Both the position numbers and the translations under genes were made by a program. From positions 7,688,001 to 7,752,000 of the forward strand of contig CM007989.1 in assembly GCA_002189035.1 (NCBI GenBank): 64,000 nucleotides of DNA, read 5' to 3'. The DNA comes from Utricularia gibba (taxonomy: Eukaryota; Plantae; Magnoliophyta). A model generated the notes under the pieces. The model did not search any database and was not told the origin of the DNA. It saw only the letters and a program-made list of their open reading frames with translations. This document shows positions 1-12,626 of this stretch, piece after piece; within the stretch, counting starts at the first letter, position 1; each line of letters begins with the position of its first letter.

Positions 1-1471
1 AACGTGCGAAAACTTATCACTTGTTTATCTGCGTTCCAGGCACAGCCCCATAAATGCGGTTAATCCAAAACCACTGAGTGAGAATATTCCAGGGATCTTC
101 AATCCAATCAAGATGGAACTGAAAGATTTCTTGGATTTTGGGGTTTAGGGTTTTGGTATGGAATCTTCAAAATTCCTTTTTTATGCTGTGTTGACCATGA
201 GTGGTTTGGGAATTTGGAAATGTTATAATATATGTATGAAAAAAATGGATAGGATTAATTTTTTATTTCATAATGTGTGTGATAGTACCAAAAAGGTAAG
301 CAGATTTGTAAGTGATCCATTGATTAGGGTGTAAAATTGGTAACTCATAATTTGATGTGGAATCTTTCAAATGCCTTGATGGATAACATTCATCCAACTC
401 ATCTCATCCTGAATTTCAACACGATTCGATTGCGTACATCTTCTTGTACTGGGTCATTTTGAATAATCGAAGTGAGGTTTGTCTAACAATCATCTCACTC
501 AACACCTACTAAACATTCATAAAATATTTTTCACCCAAATGATGTTACATAGTTTTATGTTTTCTATATAACCATTCTTGGACTACTATTCTAGATCAAG
601 TACGCTTCTCTTTGCTTTTCAAATACAACCGATTTCATCCTCCAGGATGAGTGCGATCATATTGATTTACGTCGTTCCCCAGGGCTTGGCATAGTTAATT
701 TGGGTTGGGAGCTGATTTCACACATAATAAAAATTATCAATTTTTTATTATTTTGTTGACTTATCTTATGACGGAGACTTGGGTGTGGGAACGACAATAC
801 AATATTCATGCATATCCGCGTAGGTTAGCAAGAGTGAGTCTGAAAATAAATGTCGTGAGCGGTGAACCTTCCAATCCGACCGTTGAACATAAAATAATGT
901 TTCACTACATTTACTGTCCAAAAAAGGGGTTGCGTCTAGTACCTTTCCTTCAATGGGGATACGACACGTCGCACAGTGGGCTGACGTCCATGTGCCTCCA
1001 TCTGCACCAAATGCAACCCCTCATCCTTACATATTCAATGTAATAATTATATAGTTTTAATTTCGTGATTTCGTTACCAAGAGGCCAGATTTCTCTACAA
1101 GGAGCCGTCACCATCGCCCCAGCGCACTACACAACATTTTATGTGTTCAATTCACATGGATCATACGCAAAATTATTTCAGCATTCAATGCCCAAAAGGC
1201 GAAAGCCATCTCCTTTCGCGTTAATGAAGCTTGGGAACGTGGAAAAGTTATTAAAAACAAGAATTACTTGAAGAATTTTGATTTTTTTGAAGCAAACTGT
1301 TTATGGGACGATTCGATTCTGAGATGGGTTTCTTTGTGAGAAGATGGTCGGGTAGTTTTTGAATTGGGGCGATGCGATTCATCTTGTTGCAAAGGGGTTG
1401 GTTTGGGGTTCATTTTGGAGTGCGGCTGCCCCTGGTGCTTTATTTTAATGACTTCCCTTGCAGCAGAGGAG

Positions 1472-2786
1472 CTGGATTGATGGTGATCGCCCATGCTGTT
1501 GGAGACGACGACAACTGCAGGGCCACTTGTCACGTGTCTCGAAGCATTCACAAGATGTGGGAGACGACAAGAGCCGCGCTGCAGTAGGAGGAAAGGATGA
1601 GTGTGGTCGCTACATGCCCCCCAAAAGTTGTCGCAGATGGCTCTTGGATGCTCATTACAGCCATTATTTGACTGGGAGATTCCAAGGATATATTCTTATG
1701 CTTAGGCATTTGCTCCCTGGAACCAAAAAACTGCTGCTGCCTAGGACTGCATCGAGCTCTGTTTCTCGATAAAGTGGCGCACTTCTCTTGCCCTAATCAC
1801 AGTTTTAAACCTTTTAGGTTTAGGGTTCATCCTTGGAGACGAAGACATCATATTGTGACCACATTCGATCTGTTTGGTAGCAGAGGTCATTCCATCCACA
1901 AGTGTTTTCTACGCTTCTCGCAGCAAAACAGCTTCAGGATATTACCAGGAGACATTAAATCTGTAAGAAACAAGTGATTATTGGTGAGGAATTTGCGCAG
2001 ATCATCTGTGCAAGTCTTGTACACAGGCGAACCAGCTCAAACTGCACACCTGCTTGTGTGGGCCAAGCAGATACTTTTGTGGAATCCTGGATCTTGAAAC
2101 CCTGATAACCATTTTTTTTAAAGTTTCTTCCTGTCCCCATTGAGAAGATCAGGGCAAGAAAACTTTCTTCCTGTTTTCCTCTTCCTCCTTCGTGAGCCAC
2201 AACTACTTCGATGTACTGATGGCAGCCAAACGCGAGGACCACAATATCCTTCCAATGGTTGCAGAAATGCTTCATCTGGGCTTCTCAGGCTTAACCTGAG
2301 ATGAAGTTTGATGTGAAAAATTGCGATCTTTTAGGGTTTCGGATTAGTTTCTAACATAGGCGACAATCCTGCAAGAATGTCCGTACAATCATCCCGTCAT
2401 CCGGGATCGCATCTTTCGAGGACACTGAACCCTAAAAACTGTAATAAGGTTTTTTTAATAAAAAATTAAATAAAATAAACAAGGGCAAACTCGGTTAACC
2501 GGAAATTAGTTAACTCAATTTAGACAATAATTTTAATTTTTAAATAAATTAAAAAAATTAATCCAATATAATTTATTATAGAAAGCTCAATTCTAACACA
2601 TCACACATGGCCTTTTGGATAAGTTTGACGAAGGACAAATTTGTCAATAACCGTTTTCAAAAACATTTATTTCTTTTTTTAAAATATTTTTTTAACTGAA
2701 ACAATAATATTAAATATTTAGGGCACGTGACAAGTGGTGCTGCGATTGTCGCCTCCTCCTGCACGGGCAATCAATGTCGGATCCGG
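1472..2786. repeat. Degenerate inverted repeat (~65-bp arms at 1472-1536 and 2724-2786) enclosing ~1.19 kb; possible decayed non-autonomous DNA transposon or duplicated cis-module
   Basis: CCACTTGTCACGTG (1523-1536) is the exact reverse complement of 2724-2737. Flanking blocks also align: CGACAACTGCAG/CGACAATCGCAG and TGATCGCCCATGC/TGATTGCCCGTGC. No TSD identified. Confidence 0.5.
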
Positions 2787-5450
2787 GTACGGTAGCGCGA
2801 TCCGATTTAAATCATTTTTATAGTATTTTAAGCATATTTTTATGGTTGGACCCGGTTTGAGAATTTTTTTATTAAAAAAAAAAGAGCGGCACGTATCGGC
2901 ATCTGGATGGACGATGGTGGGGCCCACAATGTACTTTGTCAAAATTCTATTTGCCGTCAAAGGGAATGCCGATGGCCCACGAAAGGCCCAGTACAAGTAT
3001 GGGCCTGGACCATTCGCCTTCTCCTCCTCCTCCTCATTCATGGTTTGATGATCATAGTATTGAGTTTATGATACCATAAAGTGACCCTCCAAAAGTGTTC
3101 TTTAGTGGCTATACTGCCATTTAGAGCATTTTTATGAATCTTCCAAAATGCTGATATGACATTTTTGAAAATTAATTTATTAAATTTTCATTAAGTTTTT
3201 ATTTATTTTCGAAAATTATAATATTAAAATAATATTATAATTACATTTTAAATCATTTTTTAAAAAAAATTGAATTTACTCATTTTCGTTTACAAAAAAA
3301 ATAATAAATAAGCTTATTTATTTCCGAAAATATTTAACTCATTTTCGAAACTACATCAACATTTTCAACAGTCTTTAAAAATGGTGGTAGAGGAGCTCCT
3401 TAGGAGGGCTTCCGTTTCATCTCACTGTCCTTGGTCGTTCTGGTTGAGTGGCTTTATCCCGTGATTCTCATCTGTGGAAGTGATACTGTTTTTTACAGAT
3501 GTTTGTGGCTGATTCCTCTGCAGGTTCCCGCACAGCTGCTTTTCAAGTTGATACCAGTAGTTTTGTACTGGTTGTTGTTGGAAAAATAAGGAGGATTATC
3601 AGTCTACGTACTGATCTGAATGTGAATGAATGAGGAAGACGAAGATCAAAACACCAATGAATGAAGAGGGAATCATCTGATCATTCTCATTCGATCCAAT
3701 CCAAACAGATAACAGCAACAACTTACAAGAATGCAAGAAACTGAATAACTAAGATCATGAACTGTGGCAATGGGATCGTGCTGGGCCATGATCTCGATGG
3801 AGAAGGTCTTCCTCTATGAAACGTGGCTGACTGAGCAACTTGTTGCATGAGCTGGTTTCAAAGTTTTAACAGTGGTTATCCTATTGAAATTCAGGATTTG
3901 ATGGATCATACGATCACTTAAATAAATATGTATTATATTAAAAGATTAAATCTAATCAATTATTTGTGATACGTAATTTATTATATAATTGATTATTCTA
4001 TTTTAATGTGATATTATGTATTTTAACACATTCTGCATCTCACCATACACAAGTGAAATGTCGTCTTTCACCTTGTTTCTTCTCCGTTGTGCCGGAACGC
4101 GGCTGCTTTTCAACCCCATTCTTCATCTCAGGTTATCAACCGCAGAGACGTCTTCCCGCTTGCTGCTTCCCTCGATTTCATCTCCATTGCCGGAATACGG
4201 CTGGTCTATGCTGAGGCAGGGAAGGAGGATACTTGCTTGTGAGAATAAATGGCGATCGTCCCTAGTCCGTTGCCGTGACAAGTAATTCATATTAAAACAA
4301 ATAATTACATATCAAAAAAATGAAATTAAAATAATAAAATATATAAAAAATTATAGATCAGTATTAATCAATTCGACCAATGTAATCTATGTATAATTAA
4401 AATTAACATCTATTCTTTCGACACATCAAATCTTTAATTTTAACAATCCAAAGATTAGTATTCCTTCTCCTATTTCCCTCTCCCGGTGGTGGGCAATAGA
4501 TTAACCCTTTCAAGGGTAAAAGACTCATTCCACCTACATCATCATCATCATGCATCATAGCATAGTGTTCGCAGGTTGCATTTTACCATCTCCATATTCA
4601 TCATAGGTGACCATGGGAAATATTAAAATAATACTTTTTAAAAAATAAAACAACGCAGTGGAGAACTGGAGAAGCCAAGAGATACACTGACAGATTAACC
4701 AGCATTCATTACTCAGTCTACTCCTAAAAAGCATACACAAGTAGCTGCCTGAAGACAACTGCAAATTTTCCAATATTAAATAATAAAAGCAGATATATTT
4801 TTTAATAAAATTAAAAAATAAATCACAAGCGTTCAAAATTAGTTATTGTTAATAAATATTTTTTTTATTAAAATGAACATCCAATATATAATTTTTGTGA
4901 CTTATTATATAGCAGAGGTGAGATTGACCACTTTTATGTATATGAACTAAATTTTAAAAGATATCTATCATAATTTGATTGCCGTTGTTCAAAATAAAAA
5001 TAAGGTGAAGTTTTTTAGAAGGATTTGTAATAATATTAACTTTGTGAGTGCCCATAAATTTTTATATAATAAATGTCATGGATAATTAAAAAAGTAAAAA
5101 AAAAAATCATTCGTATTCCAAGCTATTTGAAATAAAAAAAATGACAAACAAAATTGAATAATCATTATCCAAAATACTAAAAAAATATTTATAAATATGA
5201 ATCCAAAAAATTAATATATTTCCTAATTTAAACTGATAAAATTATATAGCTGACACATAAAATGATTTCAAAAGTAACTAAAATAAAAATGAATATTTAT
5301 TTTTTTATTATTACAACACTCGTGTGAGTTGTTGCCCCGTAGGCCATATCTTGTTCTTGCATCTGCTTTGATTCAGGTCACCAAAAGTACCTTGTTTTTA
5401 TTGCCTTCTTTGCCATCATCTCTTCTCACAATTATTTCTCCTTTCGCTGG

Positions 5451-5459
5451 GGGCCCCAC
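5451..5459 (+). promoter_or_regulatory. TCP-type site (GGNCCCAC) about 1.8 kb upstream of ATH1
   Basis: GGGCCCCAC in a GC island within AT-rich DNA. Motif match only. Confidence 0.25.
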
Positions 5460-6240
5460 CCTTGTTCACATGTAATTTTGATGACATTATTATAAAAAAA
5501 TTTAATGAGATATAGGTAAAAGTGTGAGTAGTGTATTACAATTATACCATATTGTACATTTTGAATATTTAAATCCTACGATTTTACATTTTTCTTTTTC
5601 TGATAAAAAGGATTTATAAAAATTCGTATATTAATTTATTTAATCACATTTTATTCTTATCTATAATTAATGTGAGATATTATTATTAAACTCTAATATT
5701 TAATCCACCTTTTATTAGATACTCAACATACTCAGTAACTAGCCACTTCTTCCATTATTGGTACACATCCGAATTTGAATCTGATACCAAAGGTCATGAT
5801 CTATGTGTTACTAAAATATCATTGTTTTAAGTTTTCGTTTTCTTTGAAAAAAAATCTTATATAATATTAGGAGTATCTATCTATTTAAATACATACATTA
5901 CCTTGTTCATAACCAATGTAGAATAACATAACTAGGTCTCTAGCCTAATTTATATAAACATTATGACATAAATATTATTCATTATTTGAAATAATTGAAA
6001 TTTTTATATACTGTTTAATTTGTAAAATTAAAATGATATTCTAATTTTAAAACATTGTTTATTAGGTAAATAAATGAAGATTGGGTTTTATTTAAATTGA
6101 AACACAGAATGAATTATAATTCCTAATTTAAACTCTATTAATCCTATCCACCGAATAATAAATAAAGTAAATTTTTTATATTAAAATTGATGAAATTTTT
6201 TAAAAGATATAATAATTTGGCATATTATACATACACTTGA

Positions 6241-6396
6241 GTCATGTTTGGTTGATCAATTTGAATATGTTTGACTGAATATATATTATGTTCTATGTGT
6301 TTGTTAAAATTTTTTATTAAATCCATGAAAAAAAAAACATGCATGATACTTAATAAATTAAATCAATTCATTCCTTTAAATTTAACCAAACATGCC
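6241..6396. mobile_element. Tourist/PIF-Harbinger-like MITE remnant (~156 bp)
   Basis: Left end GTCATGTTTGGTT and right end AACCAAACATGCC are near-perfect TIRs of the GGCNTGTTTGG Tourist type. The interior is AT-rich. The flanks (TGA / TAG) are not a clean TSD. Confidence 0.5.
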
Positions 6397-7302
6397 TAGA
6401 TTTTCAAGGGGTTGGATGAAGTGAAGGGAGAAAAGAGTGAGACCCAAAAAGCTGCAAGTGAAAATGCATCATCACCATCATCATGCTTCTCTGCATTTCT
6501 TTTCTTCTGTTTTGTTTTTTCATTTTTTGGAGCTGCTGCCTCCTTCTGAATTAGGTGACTGTGCGATGTCCCACGCTATAGTCGAGCTTCATGGGTTGGT
6601 TCAAGATGATTCAGAGTTTAGCTTCGCATAGACTAACTAACTAAAGCAGGCCAGCTCACTGGCTGCTGCTGGCGTGCTGCGCAGTGTGTGCAGATGCAAA
6701 ACCCAGTGGTCATTATAGCACACGAGTCTTTCGAGAGAGAGGAAATGATTCTGGGGATCAGAACACAACAGGCTCTGGATCTGAATTCTCTCTTGGGTTT
6801 TGTATTCTTTCTCCAACTTTTCACTTGTTTCGTGCGCAGGTGAAAAAACAAAAGCAGAGGCAGGGGAGGGGAGGGGCCACTTGGTTTGCGTTTGGCTTTT
6901 TATTCTTTGTATTCTCAGATTTTTTTGTTGGTGGGGCTCAGGAGGTACTGAGTGAGTGAGTACCTGCATGAGCAAGGATAATGTTTGTTCTCTTCTCTTC
7001 TCTTTTTTCTTCTTACACACAGCATTTGTGCAAAATATCCTTTGGATTTTGAGTTTCTTCACTGTTTGGGAAGAAGGGGTAACCAATGATTTCCTACATA
7101 TAGCTATCTATCATCAACCATAGAAGAATCCCCTCTACCCACAATTTCCCAGGAACAACTGCTGGTTTTGAAGAACTGCTTGTTTCTTCTCTGTTCACCT
7201 GCAGGTGTTCCTTCTCCACGAGCAACAAAGGTTTTGATTTAAGCCTTCTTTTTCCTGGTTTCCTGAGTAGTGCTTCTTTATCACAGCCCACAGATTTGTG
7301 GA

Positions 7303-9064
7303 ATGGATATGCAAACAGAAGCAGCGGCTCCTCTAAGCTATGTTCTTACAGAGACAGCCTCTGTTTACCCTGCGGATTCTCTGGTGCAAAACTCAAACCA
7401 GTACCATTTACAGCCTTCACTCTTTTCTTCATCACTCCATGAAGCCTTTGCTGGTTTCAGTAGTGACCCAAGAGTTTCTGTTCCTGGAGCACCTTTTTCT
7501 AGTGATACTTATGAGTGTCCAAGAAGCATTGTTGGCACCTCTGGTGTCTATGGAGGTTTCTTGCCTATTGAAACTGCCTGCGGTAACAAATTTATGTCTC
7601 CTCAGGGTGGAGGTGGAAATACCTCTCAGAATGAATGGCTGATGAATGCAGCCTCTAACCATCTGACTTCTAGATTTAACAATGGGCTGTCTCTAAGCCT
7701 TGCTGCAAATCCATCTTTCATTAAGCCTTCCAAGCCCTTCCTTGGCTCAGCTGCTTTCTTGCATGTAATGCAAGAAATTCTGGCTGAAATTGCGAGCTTT
7801 GCCCTTGACCACAACATCTGCTGTTCATCTGAAGAAAATAGAGTTGCTGCAAACTCCATCGGTGGTTTCTCAGATCAGACCAGGCCCTTCTTGGGAGCTG
7901 AAACCAAGAAGAAACATCTCTTAGGTTTACTGCAACTGGTGAGCAAACGGACAACTTAAAATCTAAGCTATTCATCATCCATTCATTCACTAATATCCCC
8001 TGGTTTGATGCATGGCATGTTGCAATTCTAGGTTGATGAACAATACAATCAGTGTTTAGATGAAATCCACACAGTTATCTCAGCATTCCACGCAGTAACT
8101 GATCTTGATCCCAATCTCCATGCCAGATTCGCACTCCCCAGAATCTCCATCATGTACAAGAACCTCAGGGGAAGAATCAGTAGCCACATTCTTGCAATGG
8201 GATCCGACCCAAAAGAGGGGGAAGTGGATAGCAAGTGTTTGATTGAAAAACAGTGGAGTTTACAGCAGCTTAAAAAGAAAGACCAACATCAGCTGTGGAA
8301 GCCTCAACGAGGACTCCCTGAACAATCTGTCTCCGTTTTGAAGGCCTGGATGTTTCAGAATTTCCTTCATCCGTAAGCTCTAAAACCCATTACCAGTCTC
8401 CTACACCTCAAAGTTCACTTCTTTTGTTTTTAAAGAATGAGTGACGAATGAATGGATAACAAGTTCTACTGCACTGGAATGTAAAAAAAATGGTTCCTGG
8501 AGTTCCCTGAAGTGGTAAAAGGTAAAAGAAAAATGCTTAAAGTGGGTGACTTTTTACAGGTACCCCAAGGATGCTGAGAAGCACTTGCTTGCTTTGAAGA
8601 GCGGTTTGACAAGAAGCCAGGTGCATTCAAAAATTAAATACACAACTATTCAGCTTCTACTACCAGTGTGCTTCTACTACTACTAGTGTGCTACTGTTTT
8701 CCAATTAATATGCTGCGTGCACTGCTACTTCCTCTTGCGTGTATTTGGGGTTTTCTCTAAACTCGTGCAGCTTTCGACAAAACCCATAATCAAATTTCTT
8801 TCCCCATATGACAATCAAACAGAAAACATTAAAAAATGAGTTCATTTTACCTAATTTGACTGAGGAATTGGATTCGAAGCGCAGGTGTCAAACTGGTTTA
8901 TCAATGCCAGGGTTCGTCTGTGGAAGCCGATGATTGAGGAGATGTACGCGGAGACCAACCGAAGGAAATCATCATCATCATCTTGCCGTAGCATCAAGAA
9001 CAATCAAGAATCTTCTGCTGCCTTAAAAACATCATCATCCATTCCAACTTCGCCTTTCTACTGA
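7303..9064 (+). CDS. ATH1: BEL1-like TALE homeodomain protein ATH1; exons 7303-7938, 8032-8372, 8560-8620, 8885-9064
   Basis: POX/BELL region ([10 protein letters not shown]; [32 protein letters not shown]) and homeodomain [26 protein letters not shown]|[20 protein letters not shown]|[25 protein letters not shown] introns with consistent phases. The YPKDxEKHLLA...SGL motif and short C-terminus are ATH1-type. Confidence 0.93.
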
Positions 9065-9271
9065 TGAAGAAGAAGACCAAGAAGAAGAAGCAGATTTGTA
9101 GGTGTTCTGTGTATCCAAATTAATTAATTTAATTATGGAAATTTCCGTACTGAATATTAAATTTTATTATTATTTTTATTTTTAAAAAATCATAAACGAT
9201 GTCAACTGTGGAATGTCGATTCTATCCTTTTCTCCAAATGCCAAATTGCCCCCATCTCTTTCTTCACTGGT

Positions 9272-11474
9272 TCATGTTTGTTGAGGGATTCTCGTCTTGA
9301 TCGGCTTCAACTTCAGGCCCATGCTTTCCGGCGAGAAAAGCTCAGGGGAAAAGGACGAGGGGCTCAAAGGGCTCCTTGGGCTCACGCTCCCATGGCAGAG
9401 CTTGTGGAACCCGTAAGCCATGAGGAAACACTCCAATGGCATCAGCATTGCATCCGGTTGCTCCTCTGTAACCAGGGATCCGCAGCCCTGAACCTGAAAC
9501 ACAATCGATAGAGCGCAAGCGCGACGAGTTACAAGGCGATGGAGATGGCTTGGCAGACCTCAACCAACGCAGTGTATCTGCTGTCAAGCTTTGAAGCCAT
9601 GTGAAGAGATTCACGGTGGAAGGGGGAGCTGTCTCCGACAATGATCAGCGACCGGCATTTCAGCCTCCGTAACCCATCGGAGATGTCCGGTCTCCTGCCA
9701 GAATTGCGGTGTATTTACTAAGAATTTCAGGTTCAAAAGGGGAACGGAACACCATTGTGCTCCCCTGTTTCTCTGGAAACGATGAACAAGCGTACCCGTT
9801 GATAGCTTCGACGTATTGGAGCACATCGGAGGTCCGCCTCTCAGCCAGCAACTGCAGAATACAGAAGCTGTGGGTAATGGGTAGTGATAACAATTGAGCA
9901 TAACGAACGATTCGAGAGAAGCAGCGAATACGAACCCTTCGACATGACTGTACAATATCTGATTCTGGAAGGTCAGCACTTCCGAGCACCGCCTGCAAGA
10001 CATCATGGGAAAGAAGACATTTTTTCTGAACAACAAAAGGGGAGATACAGATAAGAACAGGCAAGCAAACCTTGCTGAAGTAGCGCCTAAGCAGTAACTC
10101 CTTCACTATGCCACACATGCCGCAAAGGTAGAGAAAATTTGACATCAACTGCAAATACGGAAGATGAGATTTAAGTTGCAGGGAGTTCAGAAGCTGAAAA
10201 GCCATTTGCAGAAGCACATATAACCTTGTTGCAGAACCATTCTGTCCAAGATGGTGATTTACAGAGGGGGGAAACGAGGATCAAGCCCATTACACGCCTG
10301 GTGTACTTCAACTGGTGTAAGGACACAAGCATAAAAGAACGTTGATTTATTTCCTCTACGATCAACAGAAGAAAAAAGCATTTCCATGTCAATGACGGAG
10401 GCAACTCACAGCAAAGAGAGTCAGGATATAAGCGCCGGCCGTTACACCAAGACACATCACTGCACCGAGTCTGTAGAAGGCGCAGGTTTTCATCTTTTTG
10501 GACCTCATAGGCACGGAAAAATGATTCAAAGGAGAGCAAAATGGTTGCAGTTAAATGCTTACCCAAAATAATTAAGGATCTCAACAATTTGATCAGCGAA
10601 ATCATATGCTGTCATTGATGGCTCGTCAGAACTGGGTACACCAGCATCTAACTGCAGTAGTTTATAACACAGTGCAATATTAGCAGTAGAAGAACACTGC
10701 ACATTGGGAGTTATCGGATTGCAAGAAACGAACATCATGACCGGGAGGGGTAATGTGGTAGATGCAGAAGTTGTGAAGAAGATAACGAAATGCTTCATGG
10801 TATAAAAACAGTCCTTGGAAGCACGATTCATCTGGTTGTTCAGAAACAGAATGCAGGGAATAGTCACCACTCATTCATGAGATATTGAACAGAAGAAAGA
10901 ACATTGAAATAGAAATAGTAGTTCGAGATTTCACGAATGGACTTGAGAAATGTAGATTTCTCCCACTTACAGTTTAAAGCCAAGTCAGGATACGTGATGA
11001 GCGCTGGTTTTTCTCGATCCCCTAAAACGAAAACAGATACATTCCCATTGTTTGTTCTCACGATGTGCTCCTGCAAAACCACCCAAGATATTTCACAAGG
11101 CAATTATACACCCCGGCCACTTTGATTCAAAATCCAAATGAATACAGATATGATTTGATCACATGGGAAGTTCCATTTACAAGCAGTGATCGTCCCTTTT
11201 CATCAAAGGTTGGATTTTTGCAAATCCACCTCACCATGAACGTGATCCAACATGAATCCACGAAATTTGTATTGTTTACTTAATCAAAACAGAACCACGC
11301 ATCAGCAAATGGAATCCAGAATACCAAGCTCACACCATTTGATTGCAAGTATTAGGCGAAAGTTGAGAGAAACTACAATGTGGGTATTACAAAAGAACAG
11401 AACGCGCACCTTTCCTGCGAGGGGGTGTAGCAATCCATACAAATGGAAACTGAATCACTGGAATCTGCCGCCAT
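9272..11474 (-). CDS. NDL: NDL/SF21 (N-MYC downregulated-like, NDRG family alpha/beta-fold) protein; ~11 exons; exon 1 out of phase by 1 nt
   Basis: [39 protein letters not shown]...[52 protein letters not shown] and C-terminal [32 protein letters not shown]. Exon 1 is 11474-11410 (65 nt); exon 2 is 11070-10971. Confidence 0.92.
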
Positions 11475-11759
11475 TGCGGTCACTTTGTTTTCTTTTTCAG
11501 TTTCTTTTTCTTTCTTTCTACAAAAATAGCGATTGGGCGCACTTCTGCATCAGATTCCTCCAATGCCGGATTGATATATACTAACTGATGAACGATCCTC
11601 TCCCTCTCTCTTCCCCCGTCCCTCCCCCGTAAATCGTCGCTTTCCGTGGGAGTAACTCTACATGTGGGCGTCGTCTTATACATCACAACGGCTAGTGAAG
11701 ACTCAACGGTAACTTGGCCGCAGCCACCGTCGCCCGGTCCCCGGGAGCCTCGGATCGAT

Positions 11760-11788
11760 CACGTGCGCGTAAAGATCCCGTGGGCCCC
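11760..11788. promoter_or_regulatory. NDL proximal promoter: G-box CACGTG (11760-11765) and TCP site GTGGGCCCC (11780-11788)
   Basis: Motifs lie in a GC-rich patch ~290 nt upstream of the NDL ATG. Confidence 0.35.
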
Positions 11789-12626
11789 AGAGATCGCGGA
11801 GACTACATTATACACATCTACCGTATTTAATTACCCGAATTAATTCCTTTCGTTTTTTTTTTCTTAATTTCCTTTTTTATATATATTTACTCATGACAGA
11901 CCATTGGGTTAAAAAAAATTACTGCGGAGATAGACCTTCACTTTAACGGTATATTCTCAATATAGAAGATTCCAACTAAAAATAGCAAGCCCGTACAGAA
12001 TCTTGCTTGGATGGGTGTTGATTCCGATCAGTTATTATTATTTTTCACCGCGGCTATTATGAAGGTACCACAGCATGAGCAGAAGGCACAACATTCCAAT
12101 TCAGAAGGTTAACTGAAGGAGAATAAGAGTTAAATGCAGCAGCACGCGTGATTAATTAAAAAACGGTATTAAAAATTGTTTTAAAATTTAGGATTATATT
12201 CAATATTTTTCGGATTTAATTCAATATTTTATGAAAAATTTAATATATAATTTGAATAATTATTTTTTTCAATTTAAAAAATTTTTAATTGATGAGAATA
12301 AGATAAAAAAATTAATTTATTTAAAATGATTAATTTTTTACATGATATTTAATTAATTGGATCAAAATTAGATTTTCTATATGAAACTACTAATATTAAG
12401 TAAAGTAAGAGAATATATAGTTTTAAATATATATAATCTTGTACATATAATTAAAAAAATATTATTAATTTCGAGTTCATTTAAATTCAAGAAATAAATA
12501 CAGTATAATTTATAATCGCTACTTTAAATCCTATTAATTAAACACTGCCTAAGTACACCAAATGGGTTGAATTCAATTTTATAACATGGATCTCAATAAT
12601 ATTTAATCAATTTATTGTGGCATAAG

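Noticed and set aside
140-152. GGGTTTAGGG telomere-like motif (also 1815-1826)
   Set aside because: Only single or degenerate units (telo-box level), not an interstitial telomeric array.
705-1551. ORFs of 68-112 aa at the window start
   Set aside because: No recognisable domain, no consistent splice model, and ORFs on both strands of the same DNA.
3402-3425. GAGCTCCTT resembling the miR159/319 star arm
   Set aside because: Diverges after 9 nt, and no TTTGGATTGAAGGGAGCTC or TTGGACTGAAGGGAGCTC mature sequence is present.
5775-5795. TGGTATCAGA (minus strand) resembling a tRNA-Met primer-binding site of LTR retrotransposons
   Set aside because: Not preceded by an LTR-ending CA, only 10 nt match, and no LTR pair or gag/pol nearby.
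7035-7043. ATATCCTTT, a U12 5' splice-site consensus, in the ATH1 leader
   Set aside because: No TCCTTAAC branch point or AC acceptor downstream.
11480-11686. 68-aa ORF ending just upstream of the NDL ATG as a possible conserved uORF
   Set aside because: The peptide derives from GA- and A-rich low-complexity UTR sequence, with no similarity to known CPuORF families that I recognise.
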